Virus record (IMG/VR): IMGVR_UViG_3300046777_001542
Location: 1-58,989 of that record
Reading direction: 5' to 3' (one strand)
From: a virus
Lineage: Duplodnaviria > Caudoviricetes
Length of the DNA stretch: 58,989 bases
Positions within the stretch are counted from its first letter, which is position 1, and every line of letters begins with the position of its first letter. The translations under genes were made by a program, and so were the position numbers. Of the stretch, positions 49,652 to 57,456 are shown piece after piece. The notes below the pieces were generated by a model. The model was not told the origin of the DNA, ran no database searches, and was given only the letters and a program-made list of their open reading frames with translations.

Positions 49652-50641
49652 TTAAGAAAACTTTTTAAAAATATGATCAAAAGACTTTTCAGTTAACTGA
49701 ATCCAATTATAGTTTTGATGAATCTTAGTTGACTGAGCATAATAATATCCTGCATACGCTGGAAAGTCAATAGCAACTTCTCTCATAAGCTCAAGTAGAT
49801 GTTGATAGTCTGGTTCAAAAACTTTTCCTTCATGAGGATGTGGCCATGGAGAATCAATTAACTTTGATTTTAATTTTAGTGGGCCAAGAAAATTTTCATA
49901 ATGTGCCCAACCACTTGTACAGATTGTTGGCATACCAGTTGCTAAAGCCTGAAGCGGAATAAAACCAAATCCTTCTCCATAACTAGGATAAACTAAAACA
50001 TCATGATCATGATAAAGTTGAAGTAGTTGACTTTCTGAAAGTTCTTCTGTTATAATATTTATATTATTATATATAGTATTAGGTAAACCTATAATTTGTT
50101 TATCTATATAATTATTATATATTCTAGTAGTATTATCTTTATATGCTTTAATAGTTAAAGAATAAGCAGGGTTGTTTCCGTATAATTGTGTGAATGCGTC
50201 AACTACCATCTGTCCAGCTTTTCTTGGGGCTGGTTCACCAATGTGTAAAAATTTTATAACATTGCTTGATCTTCTTTTTACTGGTTTCCAGATATCAGAA
50301 ATACCATGTGGATAAACTTTAACATTCTTCAGTCCATTATCTTCAAAAACATTTGCACACCAATCAGATGTTGTCCAGATTTCATCACAAGCAAGCATTT
50401 TTAGTTTCCATGAATCTGGTACTTTAGTTGATTCCCAGGGTGTATATGAAATTTGATATTGATCTTTGTGCAGCTTAAAATTAGTTGGTTGCGAAAAGTT
50501 AAGTTGAACTGGGGCTTTAGGGTATGAATAAGGAACAGTGTGACCTAGTGATTTAAGAGATTCAACTATGTTTAATCCAGCATAACCATACCCATTTGAT
50601 GTTGTCAGGTTCATTGTTGGCGTATAAAACGATATTTGCAT
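49652..50641 (-). CDS. Glycosyltransferase, GT-B fold (GT4-like)
   Basis: YTPWES, PHG, RKAG, VYPSYGEGFGFIPLQALATGMP; likely start ATG at 50641. Confidence 0.88.
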   Translation of the reverse strand: MQISFYTPTMNLTTSNGYGYAGLNIVESLKSLGHTVPYSYPKAPVQLNFSQPTNFKLHKDQYQISYTPWESTKVPDSWKLKMLACDEIWTTSDWCANVFEDNGLKNVKVYPHGISDIWKPVKRRSSNVIKFLHIGEPAPRKAGQMVVDAFTQLYGNNPAYSLTIKAYKDNTTRIYNNYIDKQIIGLPNTIYNNINIITEELSESQLLQLYHDHDVLVYPSYGEGFGFIPLQALATGMPTICTSGWAHYENFLGPLKLKSKLIDSPWPHPHEGKVFEPDYQHLLELMREVAIDFPAYAGYYYAQSTKIHQNYNWIQLTEKSFDHIFKKFS

Positions 50642-50664
50642 CTCTTCCTTTCTAGTTGACTGAC

Positions 50665-50694
50665 TTGACAGTAACTTAATTACAATGCTATTAT
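50665..50694 (+). promoter_or_regulatory. Housekeeping-sigma promoter
   Basis: TTGACA-18 nt-TATTAT with TG extension; AGGAGG RBS downstream. Confidence 0.65.
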
Positions 50695-50721
50695 TATAGT
50701 TCGTTATCTCTAAAGGAGGAA

Positions 50722-51291
50722 ATGCCAATGGAGAATATAAAACAAAAGCTTAGTGATTTTGTTCATAGTACGACTGTTATAGTAATGATAACATTATTTC
50801 TATTCAGTAACAATACTGTGATCTCAATACAAAATTCAGAAGCTTTAATAGTAAAACCAAAGACAGAAGTACAACTTAAGAAAGAAACCTTAGAAAAGTA
50901 CAGCAATACTGTTTACAAGCCTTCTCAGGCTATGCCAGATGAAGATTTAAAAGATCTTCTTTGGGCAGTAGGTTTTGAAGGAAAAGCCCTTAAAACGGCT
51001 TGGGCCATTGCTAAGAGGGAGTCCAATGGACGACCAATGGCATATAATGGCAACAGGAATACTGGAGACAGTTCCTATGGAATTTTTCAGATTAATATGT
51101 TGGGCAACCTCGGAATTGATCGAAAAGAAAAGTTCGACCTGAAGTCAAATGTACTATTATTTGACCCAGTAATCAACGCAGAGATAACGTATTATATGAC
51201 CAAGGGCGGAGAAGATTGGTCAGCTTGGAAGGGTTTAACCCCAAGAGCTCAGGAATTTTATTTAAAGTTCCCAACCGACACGAAGAAGTAG
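50722..51291 (+). CDS. Lysozyme-like lytic transglycosylase with N-terminal membrane anchor
   Basis: AIAKRESNG (catalytic Glu), SYGIFQIN, DPVINA, WSAW; hydrophobic N-terminal segment. Confidence 0.8.
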   Translation: MPMENIKQKLSDFVHSTTVIVMITLFLFSNNTVISIQNSEALIVKPKTEVQLKKETLEKYSNTVYKPSQAMPDEDLKDLLWAVGFEGKALKTAWAIAKRESNGRPMAYNGNRNTGDSSYGIFQINMLGNLGIDRKEKFDLKSNVLLFDPVINAEITYYMTKGGEDWSAWKGLTPRAQEFYLKFPTDTKK

Positions 51292-51297
51292 GAGACT

Positions 51298-51516
51298 ATG
51301 CAAAGGATACAGTATGTATCTAAATACATAGCAATGGCTGAAGAAGGCCTTGTTCCGCAATTGGAATGCCCAATGGACCAAGGTCTTCTTTATCCAAATC
51401 AAGATTTAGAAGATAATCTTTATCTATACTGCTTATCTTGCAAATATAAAAAATTTATAGGTTTTGGCTTTTACGATGATATTGTAAAGGCGGTTAAAAA
51501 AGGCGGTTCCAAATGA
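51298..51516 (+). CDS. Small Zn-ribbon-like protein
   Basis: CPMD...YCLSC; GGAG RBS. Confidence 0.6.
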   Translation: MQRIQYVSKYIAMAEEGLVPQLECPMDQGLLYPNQDLEDNLYLYCLSCKYKKFIGFGFYDDIVKAVKKGGSK

Positions 51517-51626
51517 CATGTGGAAGCAATGATTGCAAATGTCAAAATGAATCACAACCAATCCCCTTAACAGATGCTATGGGGCGAGAAATATTTTGGG
51601 AAGATTTAGGAAGACCAAATGAGTGA
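51513..51626 (+). CDS. 37-aa hypothetical protein
   Basis: ATGA-coupled ORF MTCGSNDCKC...GRPNE filling the gap between neighbours. Confidence 0.5.
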   Translation: MTCGSNDCKCQNESQPIPLTDAMGREIFWEDLGRPNE

Positions 51627-51822
51627 AGAACAAAACAGTAATCTAGAAGATAATCTTCCTATGGTGACATACATTATGTTGCATAGGATTTACGACCTGC
51701 TTACACTAATTTCGAATAAAGTTGTAGGCGGAGAAGATACACAAAAGATGATAAATTATCACGAACAGGGCTATTTATTAGGTCCTGCCCCAGCGTATAC
51801 AACAGGAGAAGAAAATGGATAA
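51619..51822 (+). CDS. Hypothetical protein
   Basis: YIMLHRIYDLL...H..G....P.P; overlaps its neighbours. Confidence 0.6.
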   Translation: MSEEQNSNLEDNLPMVTYIMLHRIYDLLTLISNKVVGGEDTQKMINYHEQGYLLGPAPAYTTGEENG

Positions 51823-52009
51823 AGATAGAGACTCAGTTGTCAACTTAATGACAAGAGTTTTCCAGAATGGAAACAAGATGATGTGCATTCAATCAGGCAT
51901 GTCTGAAGAAGAGACTGATCAGAAGATGCAGCAAAGCCTACCATCAATTACTTATCTTATGGGATTAATTTTTGATAAGCTTGATGAAAATAATCTTATT
52001 GTAGAATAA
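51815..52009 (+). CDS. Hypothetical protein
   Basis: AGGAG RBS; last gene of the plus-strand operon. Confidence 0.6.
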   Translation: MDKDRDSVVNLMTRVFQNGNKMMCIQSGMSEEETDQKMQQSLPSITYLMGLIFDKLDENNLIVE

Positions 52010-52012
52010 TCC

Positions 52013-52041
52013 TTGACATAGGAAACAATCTATTTTACAAT
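52013..52041 (+). promoter_or_regulatory. Near-consensus sigma70-type promoter
   Basis: TTGACA-17 nt-TACAAT. Confidence 0.75.
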
Positions 52042-52047
52042 AATATT

Positions 52048-52127
52048 GTGAGTCGAGCTTTCTAGTTCCTTACATGTGCTTATGCACAACAGAACCCAGT
52101 CGGATCCGCCTCTGACTGGGTTTTGTG
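52048..52127 (+). ncRNA. Candidate ~80-nt small RNA
   Basis: Lies between a strong promoter and a terminator hairpin with no RBS-led ORF; internal TGTGC-TTAT-GCACA hairpin. Confidence 0.5.
52092..52126. terminator. Terminator between convergent transcription units
   Basis: AGAACCCAGTCGG / CTGACTGGGTTTT stem. Confidence 0.75.
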
Positions 52128-52691
52128 CTATATGTCTCTTTTTAATGTTCCTTTTTTAAAAACAAAGCCAGTTATAAAGTACCTTGTTCCAGATGTTACA
52201 TGCGTTACTGCATGAGTATAGTCTTTGTATCCAGAGTGAACTAGTAGCCTGCCAGCTTTTGGTTTAAGTTTAATTCCTTTATTTATATAAATAGTTTCTC
52301 CGCCATCAAAATCATCATTAAAGTATAGGATGTATCCTTTAGTAACATTAACGCTTGACCCATCGCCATAGTCGTGATTGTCTGCATGAATTCCAAGTGC
52401 ATAATCTCTTCCGTTGTTAGTAGATACACGAAGTCTATTTACAAAAGCATTTATATTGCATTCTTCTTCATCATTATCTATCAAATCTTGTATACGGCTA
52501 TTTATCGCCAGCCTAAGTTCTCTAGAAGATGTGCATTCTTTAATATTGTTTTCCCAATCTCCTTCTGCACCAAACCATCCGTCTTTTTTAAGGCAGTCAG
52601 TCATCATGATTTCAATTTCGTTTGGGGTTAGAAAGTTATCAATATAATAGATACCATCATCGACCTTAGTTATGACATAATTATTTTCCAT
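52128..52691 (-). CDS. 2OG-Fe(II) oxygenase, prolyl-4-hydroxylase-like
   Basis: HAD...YFNDDFDGGET...HAV...GTRY. Confidence 0.9.
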   Translation of the reverse strand: MENNYVITKVDDGIYYIDNFLTPNEIEIMMTDCLKKDGWFGAEGDWENNIKECTSSRELRLAINSRIQDLIDNDEEECNINAFVNRLRVSTNNGRDYALGIHADNHDYGDGSSVNVTKGYILYFNDDFDGGETIYINKGIKLKPKAGRLLVHSGYKDYTHAVTHVTSGTRYFITGFVFKKGTLKRDI

Positions 52692-52795
52692 ATATCCATT
52701 TTAGCATTTTGTAGAACATAGTGCGAAAAATAGTGCAAAAAAAGTGCTTCGGCGGCAGAAGAACCCTTTTATTAATTTGGGTGTATAATGGTTAT

Positions 52796-52957
52796 ATGAG
52801 TCCAAGACATTTTGCGAAGCGCATGTATGGTCCTTACTTTTTAAGTGATAACCATCCAGACCAACATCATGCAAAGATGGAGGCTAAAATAGAAGAGGGT
52901 GCCAAAAAGTTTTGGCATATACTCTTAAAGCCTTTCTCTAAGTTCTCCAAATCCTAA
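52796..52957 (+). CDS. Small hypothetical protein, probably leaderless
   Basis: ATG 6 nt after TATAAT (52784-52789); MSPRHFAKRM... Confidence 0.5.
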   Translation: MSPRHFAKRMYGPYFLSDNHPDQHHAKMEAKIEEGAKKFWHILLKPFSKFSKS

Positions 52958-53467
52958 AGATACTCCAAAGCGGGGGGAAGAAGCAATAACATTATGCATT
53001 CTCCCATTAGGACAATATAGAACATCTCCTGGTCCAATTACTTTATCAAATTCAATTTCACTATTAGTCTTATCATATATCTGCCATCTAGAATATCCCT
53101 GAAGCTGCCAGAATATAACATTTTCATAATCTATATGTGGTCCACCATATGCTGATGGATCTGTAGTTAAAGACATATATATCTGATGATCACTTCCTAC
53201 TTCTTCAGCCAATGGAGATTCATGGAGTACCTCTAATAAATTCTCTAAGGCTTCTCTAACGGCTTTGATCCTATGTGCCTGTCTTATCTTATACCCGCCC
53301 AATTTAAATCGCTTCTGACCATGTTTTCTGCCGTTTTTCACATCATCATCTAAAAGAATAAATACTTCATCCCATGTGACTTCTGGCATATTTAGGTCAG
53401 TACGATGATCTATATGTCTGTTTTGTATGTTTTGTAGTAGTTTGATATCATTTTTAAAATCATGCAT
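52925..53467 (-). CDS. JmjC/cupin-type 2OG-Fe(II) oxygenase
   Basis: HID..NVIFWQLQG.SRW...GPGDVLYCP.G.MHNV...R.GVS. Confidence 0.85.
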   Translation of the reverse strand: MHDFKNDIKLLQNIQNRHIDHRTDLNMPEVTWDEVFILLDDDVKNGRKHGQKRFKLGGYKIRQAHRIKAVREALENLLEVLHESPLAEEVGSDHQIYMSLTTDPSAYGGPHIDYENVIFWQLQGYSRWQIYDKTNSEIEFDKVIGPGDVLYCPNGRMHNVIASSPRFGVSLGFGELRERL

Positions 53468-53491
53468 AATTTTAGTCAACTGCTTTCATAG

Positions 53492-53566
53492 TAGGAGTAG
53501 TCAGATTTGAACTGACAGTCGATTGTATATAAGACAATTGCTTTCACCAGATTAAGCTATACTCCC
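53492..53566 (-). tRNA. tRNA-Ile (anticodon UAU)
   Basis: Acceptor GGGAGTA/TACTCCT, D stem GCTT/AAGC, anticodon arm ATTGT-CT[TAT]AT-ACAAT, T arm GTCAG-TTCAAAT-CTGAC; CCA not encoded. Confidence 0.9.
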
Positions 53567-53640
53567 GTAAATACCTGCAGCAATAAGCCACATATATGTA
53601 CGAGTATAGTTACAATTCCAACCCACAGTATTAACTTCAT
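53557..53640 (-). CDS. 27-aa single-helix membrane peptide
   Basis: ATGA-coupled ORF MKLILWVGIVTILVHICGLLLQVFTGV; overlaps the tRNA 5' end by 10 nt. Confidence 0.4.
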   Translation of the reverse strand: MKLILWVGIVTILVHICGLLLQVFTGV

Positions 53641-54137
53641 GGAGTAAACTCCAGAGAATCATCTCCATATGCAAATCCAGTGATATAGTATCTACATCCT
53701 GAAGTAACTACTTGAACCTTATGTGGGATATCTCCTCTATGAATGAGCATTGATCCCATCTTTGGTTTAAATGCTAGATTAATATCTGGATACTCAATGT
53801 TCCCGCCTTCAAAATCACTATTTAGATAAAGTACAATACCCCATTTAATTCCTACTTGATTTTCATTTAATCCATATCCATCATCACGATGTAGATCCAT
53901 GCCCATATTGGTATCCCATCTTTGTACTAAGAATAATCCCGCCATTTTTTCTAAATTTTTAAACATAGGATAGATTCTGCTACGCAATTTACGAAACAGT
54001 GGAGCAAAGTCATTGTGCTCAATATTTGTAGTAAGACCATATACAGGATTTTCTTCTACAACACGCATAAATCTATCAATCTCTTCTTGAGATAAAAAAT
54101 TTTCGTATTCGTAGATGCCATCTGCTAGTAGATTCAT
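53637..54137 (-). CDS. 2OG-Fe(II) oxygenase, prolyl-4-hydroxylase-like
   Basis: HRD...YLNSDFEGGNI...HKV...GCRY. Confidence 0.9.
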   Translation of the reverse strand: MNLLADGIYEYENFLSQEEIDRFMRVVEENPVYGLTTNIEHNDFAPLFRKLRSRIYPMFKNLEKMAGLFLVQRWDTNMGMDLHRDDGYGLNENQVGIKWGIVLYLNSDFEGGNIEYPDINLAFKPKMGSMLIHRGDIPHKVQVVTSGCRYYITGFAYGDDSLEFTP

Positions 54138-54706
54138 TTTAGATCTCCAAATCCTAGTGATGCCCCAAATCTTGGAGTTATTGCCTCCACCTTATGAGGT
54201 CTTCCATATGGACAATAAAGAATGTCCCCTGGTTCTAGTATAACATCTACATCAATCAAATCATCTGGGACATTTTCTAGATCAAGGTACTCGCCCTCTT
54301 TATAAATTGTCCATCTGGATTTACCCTTGATATTCCAGAAGATCACATTCTCAGTATCCTGATGTAGCTTCCAGTATGTGCCCTCTTGTGTAGTAATATT
54401 CATGTAGAGATGTGTAGATCTACCCTCAACCTCAAGTTGATAGTTTGATTCTGTGAAAATTTCTAATAATTTTTTTTGTGCATCTGCAATTCCTGGAATA
54501 CGCATTGCATTTAGGATTCTAAATCCACCATTCTCATATCGCTTTTGTCCATATAGGTTTCCTGCCTTTACATCCTCATCTAAGAGTCTGAATGCATCAT
54601 CCCATTTGATATCTGGTAGCCCCGCCACATTTCTTGCAACATGTACCGTAGCATTGTTGAAAGCTGATCTAAAATCAGCATCATAAAAGATATCAAAAGT
54701 TGTCAT
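54134..54706 (-). CDS. JmjC/cupin-type 2OG-Fe(II) oxygenase (paralog of 52925..53467)
   Basis: HQD..NVIFWNIKG.SRW...EPGDILYCP.G.PHKV; likely leaderless start ATG at 54706. Confidence 0.85.
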   Translation of the reverse strand: MTTFDIFYDADFRSAFNNATVHVARNVAGLPDIKWDDAFRLLDEDVKAGNLYGQKRYENGGFRILNAMRIPGIADAQKKLLEIFTESNYQLEVEGRSTHLYMNITTQEGTYWKLHQDTENVIFWNIKGKSRWTIYKEGEYLDLENVPDDLIDVDVILEPGDILYCPYGRPHKVEAITPRFGASLGFGDLK

Positions 54707-54725
54707 GTACCTAGTATAGCATTTG

Positions 54726-54741
54726 TGTTTCACGTGAAACA
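54726..54741. promoter_or_regulatory. parS-consensus palindrome
   Basis: TGTTTCACGTGAAACA, an exact 16-bp match to the chromosomal ParB-binding consensus. Confidence 0.8.
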
Positions 54742-54884
54742 AGTTCTAGTCAACTACTATTTCAGATTTGAGAAAATGTTAATAATTTTTTTTCTTGTAT
54801 GATACACACCTATAAAAAGAAAGCAAAATCTTGATAGTCCGCCCATATTGTCCTCAATGTCCGATTTATACACTAAAAAAGTTG

Positions 54885-54900
54885 TGTGATGTGCCTCACA
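54885..54900. promoter_or_regulatory. CRP/GlxR-type box (perfect copies also at 57753-57768 and 58463-58478; degenerate at 55120, 56013, 56171)
   Basis: TGTGA-N6-TCACA upstream of early promoters. Confidence 0.7.
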
Positions 54901-54987
54901 ATGTCCGAATTGCACCCTTTTTGACTTGCAAAATGTCAGACCCCCATGCAATAATTAAGGTATAACAAAAAGAAAGGAGCAAAATAA

Positions 54988-55146
54988 ATGCTCACTCAAA
55001 AAACACTAGACGCAATCGTCTATGAATATCAACATGGTGGCGTAAAGTCTAACCACCCTGAATTAACTACATATGAGCGTAAAGCGTTGCTAAAGTATCT
55101 CTTTAGCCTACCTGCTCACTGTGTCTCATGTCACACACACGCATAA
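54988..55146 (+). CDS. Small early hypothetical protein (52 aa)
   Basis: GAAAGGAG RBS; MLTQKTLDAIVYEY...HCVSCHTHA. Confidence 0.6.
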   Translation: MLTQKTLDAIVYEYQHGGVKSNHPELTTYERKALLKYLFSLPAHCVSCHTHA

Positions 55147-55219
55147 GCGTGTCGTGTTGATATTGTCAGACCCATATGCTACCTTTATCTTATTGAACTA
55201 CTAAAGAAAGAAGAAATAA

Positions 55220-55414
55220 ATGTCATACTCATTCGATAATCGTTCCGCCTCTAAGTGGGACACAATTCAAGAAGATGTTGCCGATATGTATATCGAAGAT
55301 GTCGAAGAAGAAACAGAAGATGAAGATTTCTTCGGTTTCGGTAAGTCAATCGAAATTGACCACTTAACAGATGAAGAAGTCGATACCGTTCTAGCAATGT
55401 TTGGAGATAACTAA
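55220..55414 (+). CDS. Small, very acidic early protein
   Basis: Asp/Glu-rich (EDVEEETEDEDF); follows a promoter. Confidence 0.65.
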   Translation: MSYSFDNRSASKWDTIQEDVADMYIEDVEEETEDEDFFGFGKSIEIDHLTDEEVDTVLAMFGDN

Positions 55415-55584
55415 TGACAATCACTTACTCAATCTGGCAAGGCTCTCGCTTATTGTCTATCGACAATGTAGCGCATGAGGTTAAGGCTATTGACCACCTA
55501 ATCAATTCGCTTAACGATAGCGACCTAGGCAAGAAAACAAAATTCACCGCTAACATTCAAAACATAAAGGTAGGGGCTAACTAA
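55414..55584 (+). CDS. Small early hypothetical protein
   Basis: TAATG-coupled; MTITYSIWQG... Confidence 0.6.
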   Translation: MTITYSIWQGSRLLSIDNVAHEVKAIDHLINSLNDSDLGKKTKFTANIQNIKVGAN

Positions 55585-55724
55585 TGACAATTGAACTAGA
55601 TAACTATGGTTTGATGATCGACCTAGGAGACTTTCTCTATGTATCTCTAGGATGGGCGTTTATCATCTTGTCGGTGGTAGGTGCTACACTTTATAAAGTA
55701 ATCAAGAGAAAGAAGAATAAGTAA
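55584..55724 (+). CDS. Small membrane protein
   Basis: TAATG-coupled; hydrophobic helix then KRKKNK. Confidence 0.6.
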   Translation: MTIELDNYGLMIDLGDFLYVSLGWAFIILSVVGATLYKVIKRKKNK

Positions 55725-55844
55725 ATGAATAGACTACTAACTAGCCTCGTGCAATTGGCTATTGCTATTCCCGCCCTATACATGGGGCGCATGATGTGGC
55801 ATGAGATGAAAGAAGATTTTAGAGAACTAAGAAAGGGTAACTAA
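55725..55844 (+). CDS. Small membrane protein
   Basis: MNRLLTSLVQLAIAIPALYMG...; abuts both neighbours. Confidence 0.55.
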   Translation: MNRLLTSLVQLAIAIPALYMGRMMWHEMKEDFRELRKGN

Positions 55845-56032
55845 TGACTAAGAAAGACTATATGCGATTCGCTTATCTGCTTAACTCTATGCATAACGGC
55901 TTTCCCGCCGATATGTTTAGCATCGACGCTAAAAAGTTTCTAGTAAATAATATGTGCGAGATATTCGAAACGGATAACCCTCGTTTTGATCGTGCTAAGT
56001 TTAAAGAGGCGGTGTATGCTACATCACAGTAG
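55844..56032 (+). CDS. Small early protein (T.KDY...DNPRFD family), paralog of 57152..57337
   Basis: Shared MT(K/R)KDY and F..DNPRFD...F.EA motifs. Confidence 0.7.
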   Translation: MTKKDYMRFAYLLNSMHNGFPADMFSIDAKKFLVNNMCEIFETDNPRFDRAKFKEAVYATSQ

Positions 56033-56075
56033 CTACACGGCGTGTCGACTTGACACGCCCACGCTTTTGTGGGGG

Positions 56076-56129
56076 TTATCCACAGGTTTATGAACAGGTG
56101 TGGAAAACCCCTGGAATTTCTGTGGATAA
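56076..56129. promoter_or_regulatory. DnaA-box cluster 1
   Basis: TTATCCACA at 56076, TGTGGATAA at 56121; degenerate TTATGAACA at 56088 and TGTGGAAAA at 56099. Confidence 0.75.
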
Positions 56130-56288
56130 CTTACGGCGTGTCGATTTGACAGACAAAACGGACATTTTTATGTGATGTAAAACACACCCCTTGAGCGTCT
56201 CAAAGTATGGAATTACTGGCTAGTAAGTAGAGAAATGTCAGACCCCTTTGGTACAATACTACTATAACAACAACGAAAGAAGGTCACT

Positions 56289-56408
56289 ATGAACCTAGAT
56301 GAATTCAAGGCGTATGTAATCGCCACCCGTGAGGCAAGCAAGGCGGAAGCCTTGTCAGTGCTATCTGCTACAATGTCCGTATCAACAACAACGAAAGGTG
56401 ACAACTAA
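56289..56408 (+). CDS. 39-aa early hypothetical protein
   Basis: GAAGG RBS; MNLDEFKAYVIATREASK...; contains an internal promoter. Confidence 0.55.
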   Translation: MNLDEFKAYVIATREASKAEALSVLSATMSVSTTTKGDN

Positions 56409-56608
56409 TGTCAGCAAATGTCTATAATGTCGAAAGCCTCTTAGTAGGTAAAATGTATTACTCTAATTCAGTAAAGGGCGAGATTATCTCAGCCGAAAAA
56501 AATAATGATGTATGGTATTCCGATTGCGATACTTACAAGGTGCAGGTGCGCCCAACTAATTCGATTAAAGATACATACCGCTATGTAGCGGTGAAGGTAG
56601 GTGACTAA
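56408..56608 (+). CDS. Small early protein (SH3-like beta pattern)
   Basis: GAAAGG RBS; TAATG coupling. Confidence 0.65.
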   Translation: MSANVYNVESLLVGKMYYSNSVKGEIISAEKNNDVWYSDCDTYKVQVRPTNSIKDTYRYVAVKVGD

Positions 56609-56772
56609 TGATGAACATAATTGATAAGACCGATTTCTATGAGGTCTCAGATGAAATGATTTTCTGCTGTGATGAAAGTCAGTTTAAGTATTACTGCATT
56701 GAGCACCTAGAGTTTATGGGTTGCTACTTCTGTGAGTTTGATTATTCTAAAGATTGCGAGGAACAACACTAA
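56608..56772 (+). CDS. Small Cys-rich acidic protein
   Basis: FCCDE...CIEH...CYFC...C; TAATG coupling. Confidence 0.55.
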   Translation: MMNIIDKTDFYEVSDEMIFCCDESQFKYYCIEHLEFMGCYFCEFDYSKDCEEQH

Positions 56773-56894
56773 TGGGATACATTGAGATTTTTCGCCTTGA
56801 TGATGAAGGCGCAGGGTGGGTAGATTTGGATCAAGCCACCCCAGAGGAATTGCTAACTCTTGAGATAGGCTTATTTCAAGAGGGTGCCCTCTAA
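56772..56894 (+). CDS. 40-aa acidic hypothetical protein
   Basis: TAATG coupling; MGYIEIFRLDDEGAGW... Confidence 0.55.
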   Translation: MGYIEIFRLDDEGAGWVDLDQATPEELLTLEIGLFQEGAL

Positions 56895-56945
56895 TTTGTC
56901 AGACCCCTACGCTATAATTTAACCAACAACAACGAAAGGAAAACT

Positions 56946-57155
56946 ATGTATAAAATAACCCTAGCCTATGACGGCAACGCTCCACATTGGCAACAAGATT
57001 ACTCTAACGAGTTTGACGCTTGGAAAGATTTCTTTGCATTTGTCGATTGGGGATTTGCTAACGAATACTCAACTGTAAATCTTTATAATTCAGAAATGAA
57101 ATGTTTTACACGCCATTTTTATCGTGAGGAAAGAAAGGTCGTAACTGTAAAATGA
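56946..57155 (+). CDS. Small early hypothetical protein
   Basis: Promoter plus GAAAGGA RBS. Confidence 0.65.
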   Translation: MYKITLAYDGNAPHWQQDYSNEFDAWKDFFAFVDWGFANEYSTVNLYNSEMKCFTRHFYREERKVVTVK

Positions 57156-57337
57156 TGACTAGAAAAGACTATGTAGCAACTGCAGAAATTCTAAAGTATG
57201 CAAGCGATAAAGCACACCCAGCGTTATTTTCTAAAATGGTAAATGATTTTGCTGAGATGTTTGCAAAAGATAATCCTCGCTTTGATGTTGTGCGATTTCA
57301 CGAAGCAAGCAATTACAAAGTAAAGGTGGGTAAGTAA
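57152..57337 (+). CDS. Small early protein (T.KDY...DNPRFD family)
   Basis: Paralog of 55844..56032; ATGA coupling. Confidence 0.7.
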   Translation: MMTRKDYVATAEILKYASDKAHPALFSKMVNDFAEMFAKDNPRFDVVRFHEASNYKVKVGK

Positions 57338-57456
57338 TGATTAACTCTGTAATGAATTTTAAATGTGATGAGTGTAATGGTTATGGATATTTATTTTTTG
57401 GTCAAGGAGAAGAATATCATGTTGAAAAATGCGACTGTGATTTTGAACAAGGTTAG
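57337..57456 (+). CDS. 39-aa Zn-finger-like protein
   Basis: CDECNGYG...CDC; TAATG coupling. Confidence 0.55.
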   Translation: MINSVMNFKCDECNGYGYLFFGQGEEYHVEKCDCDFEQG

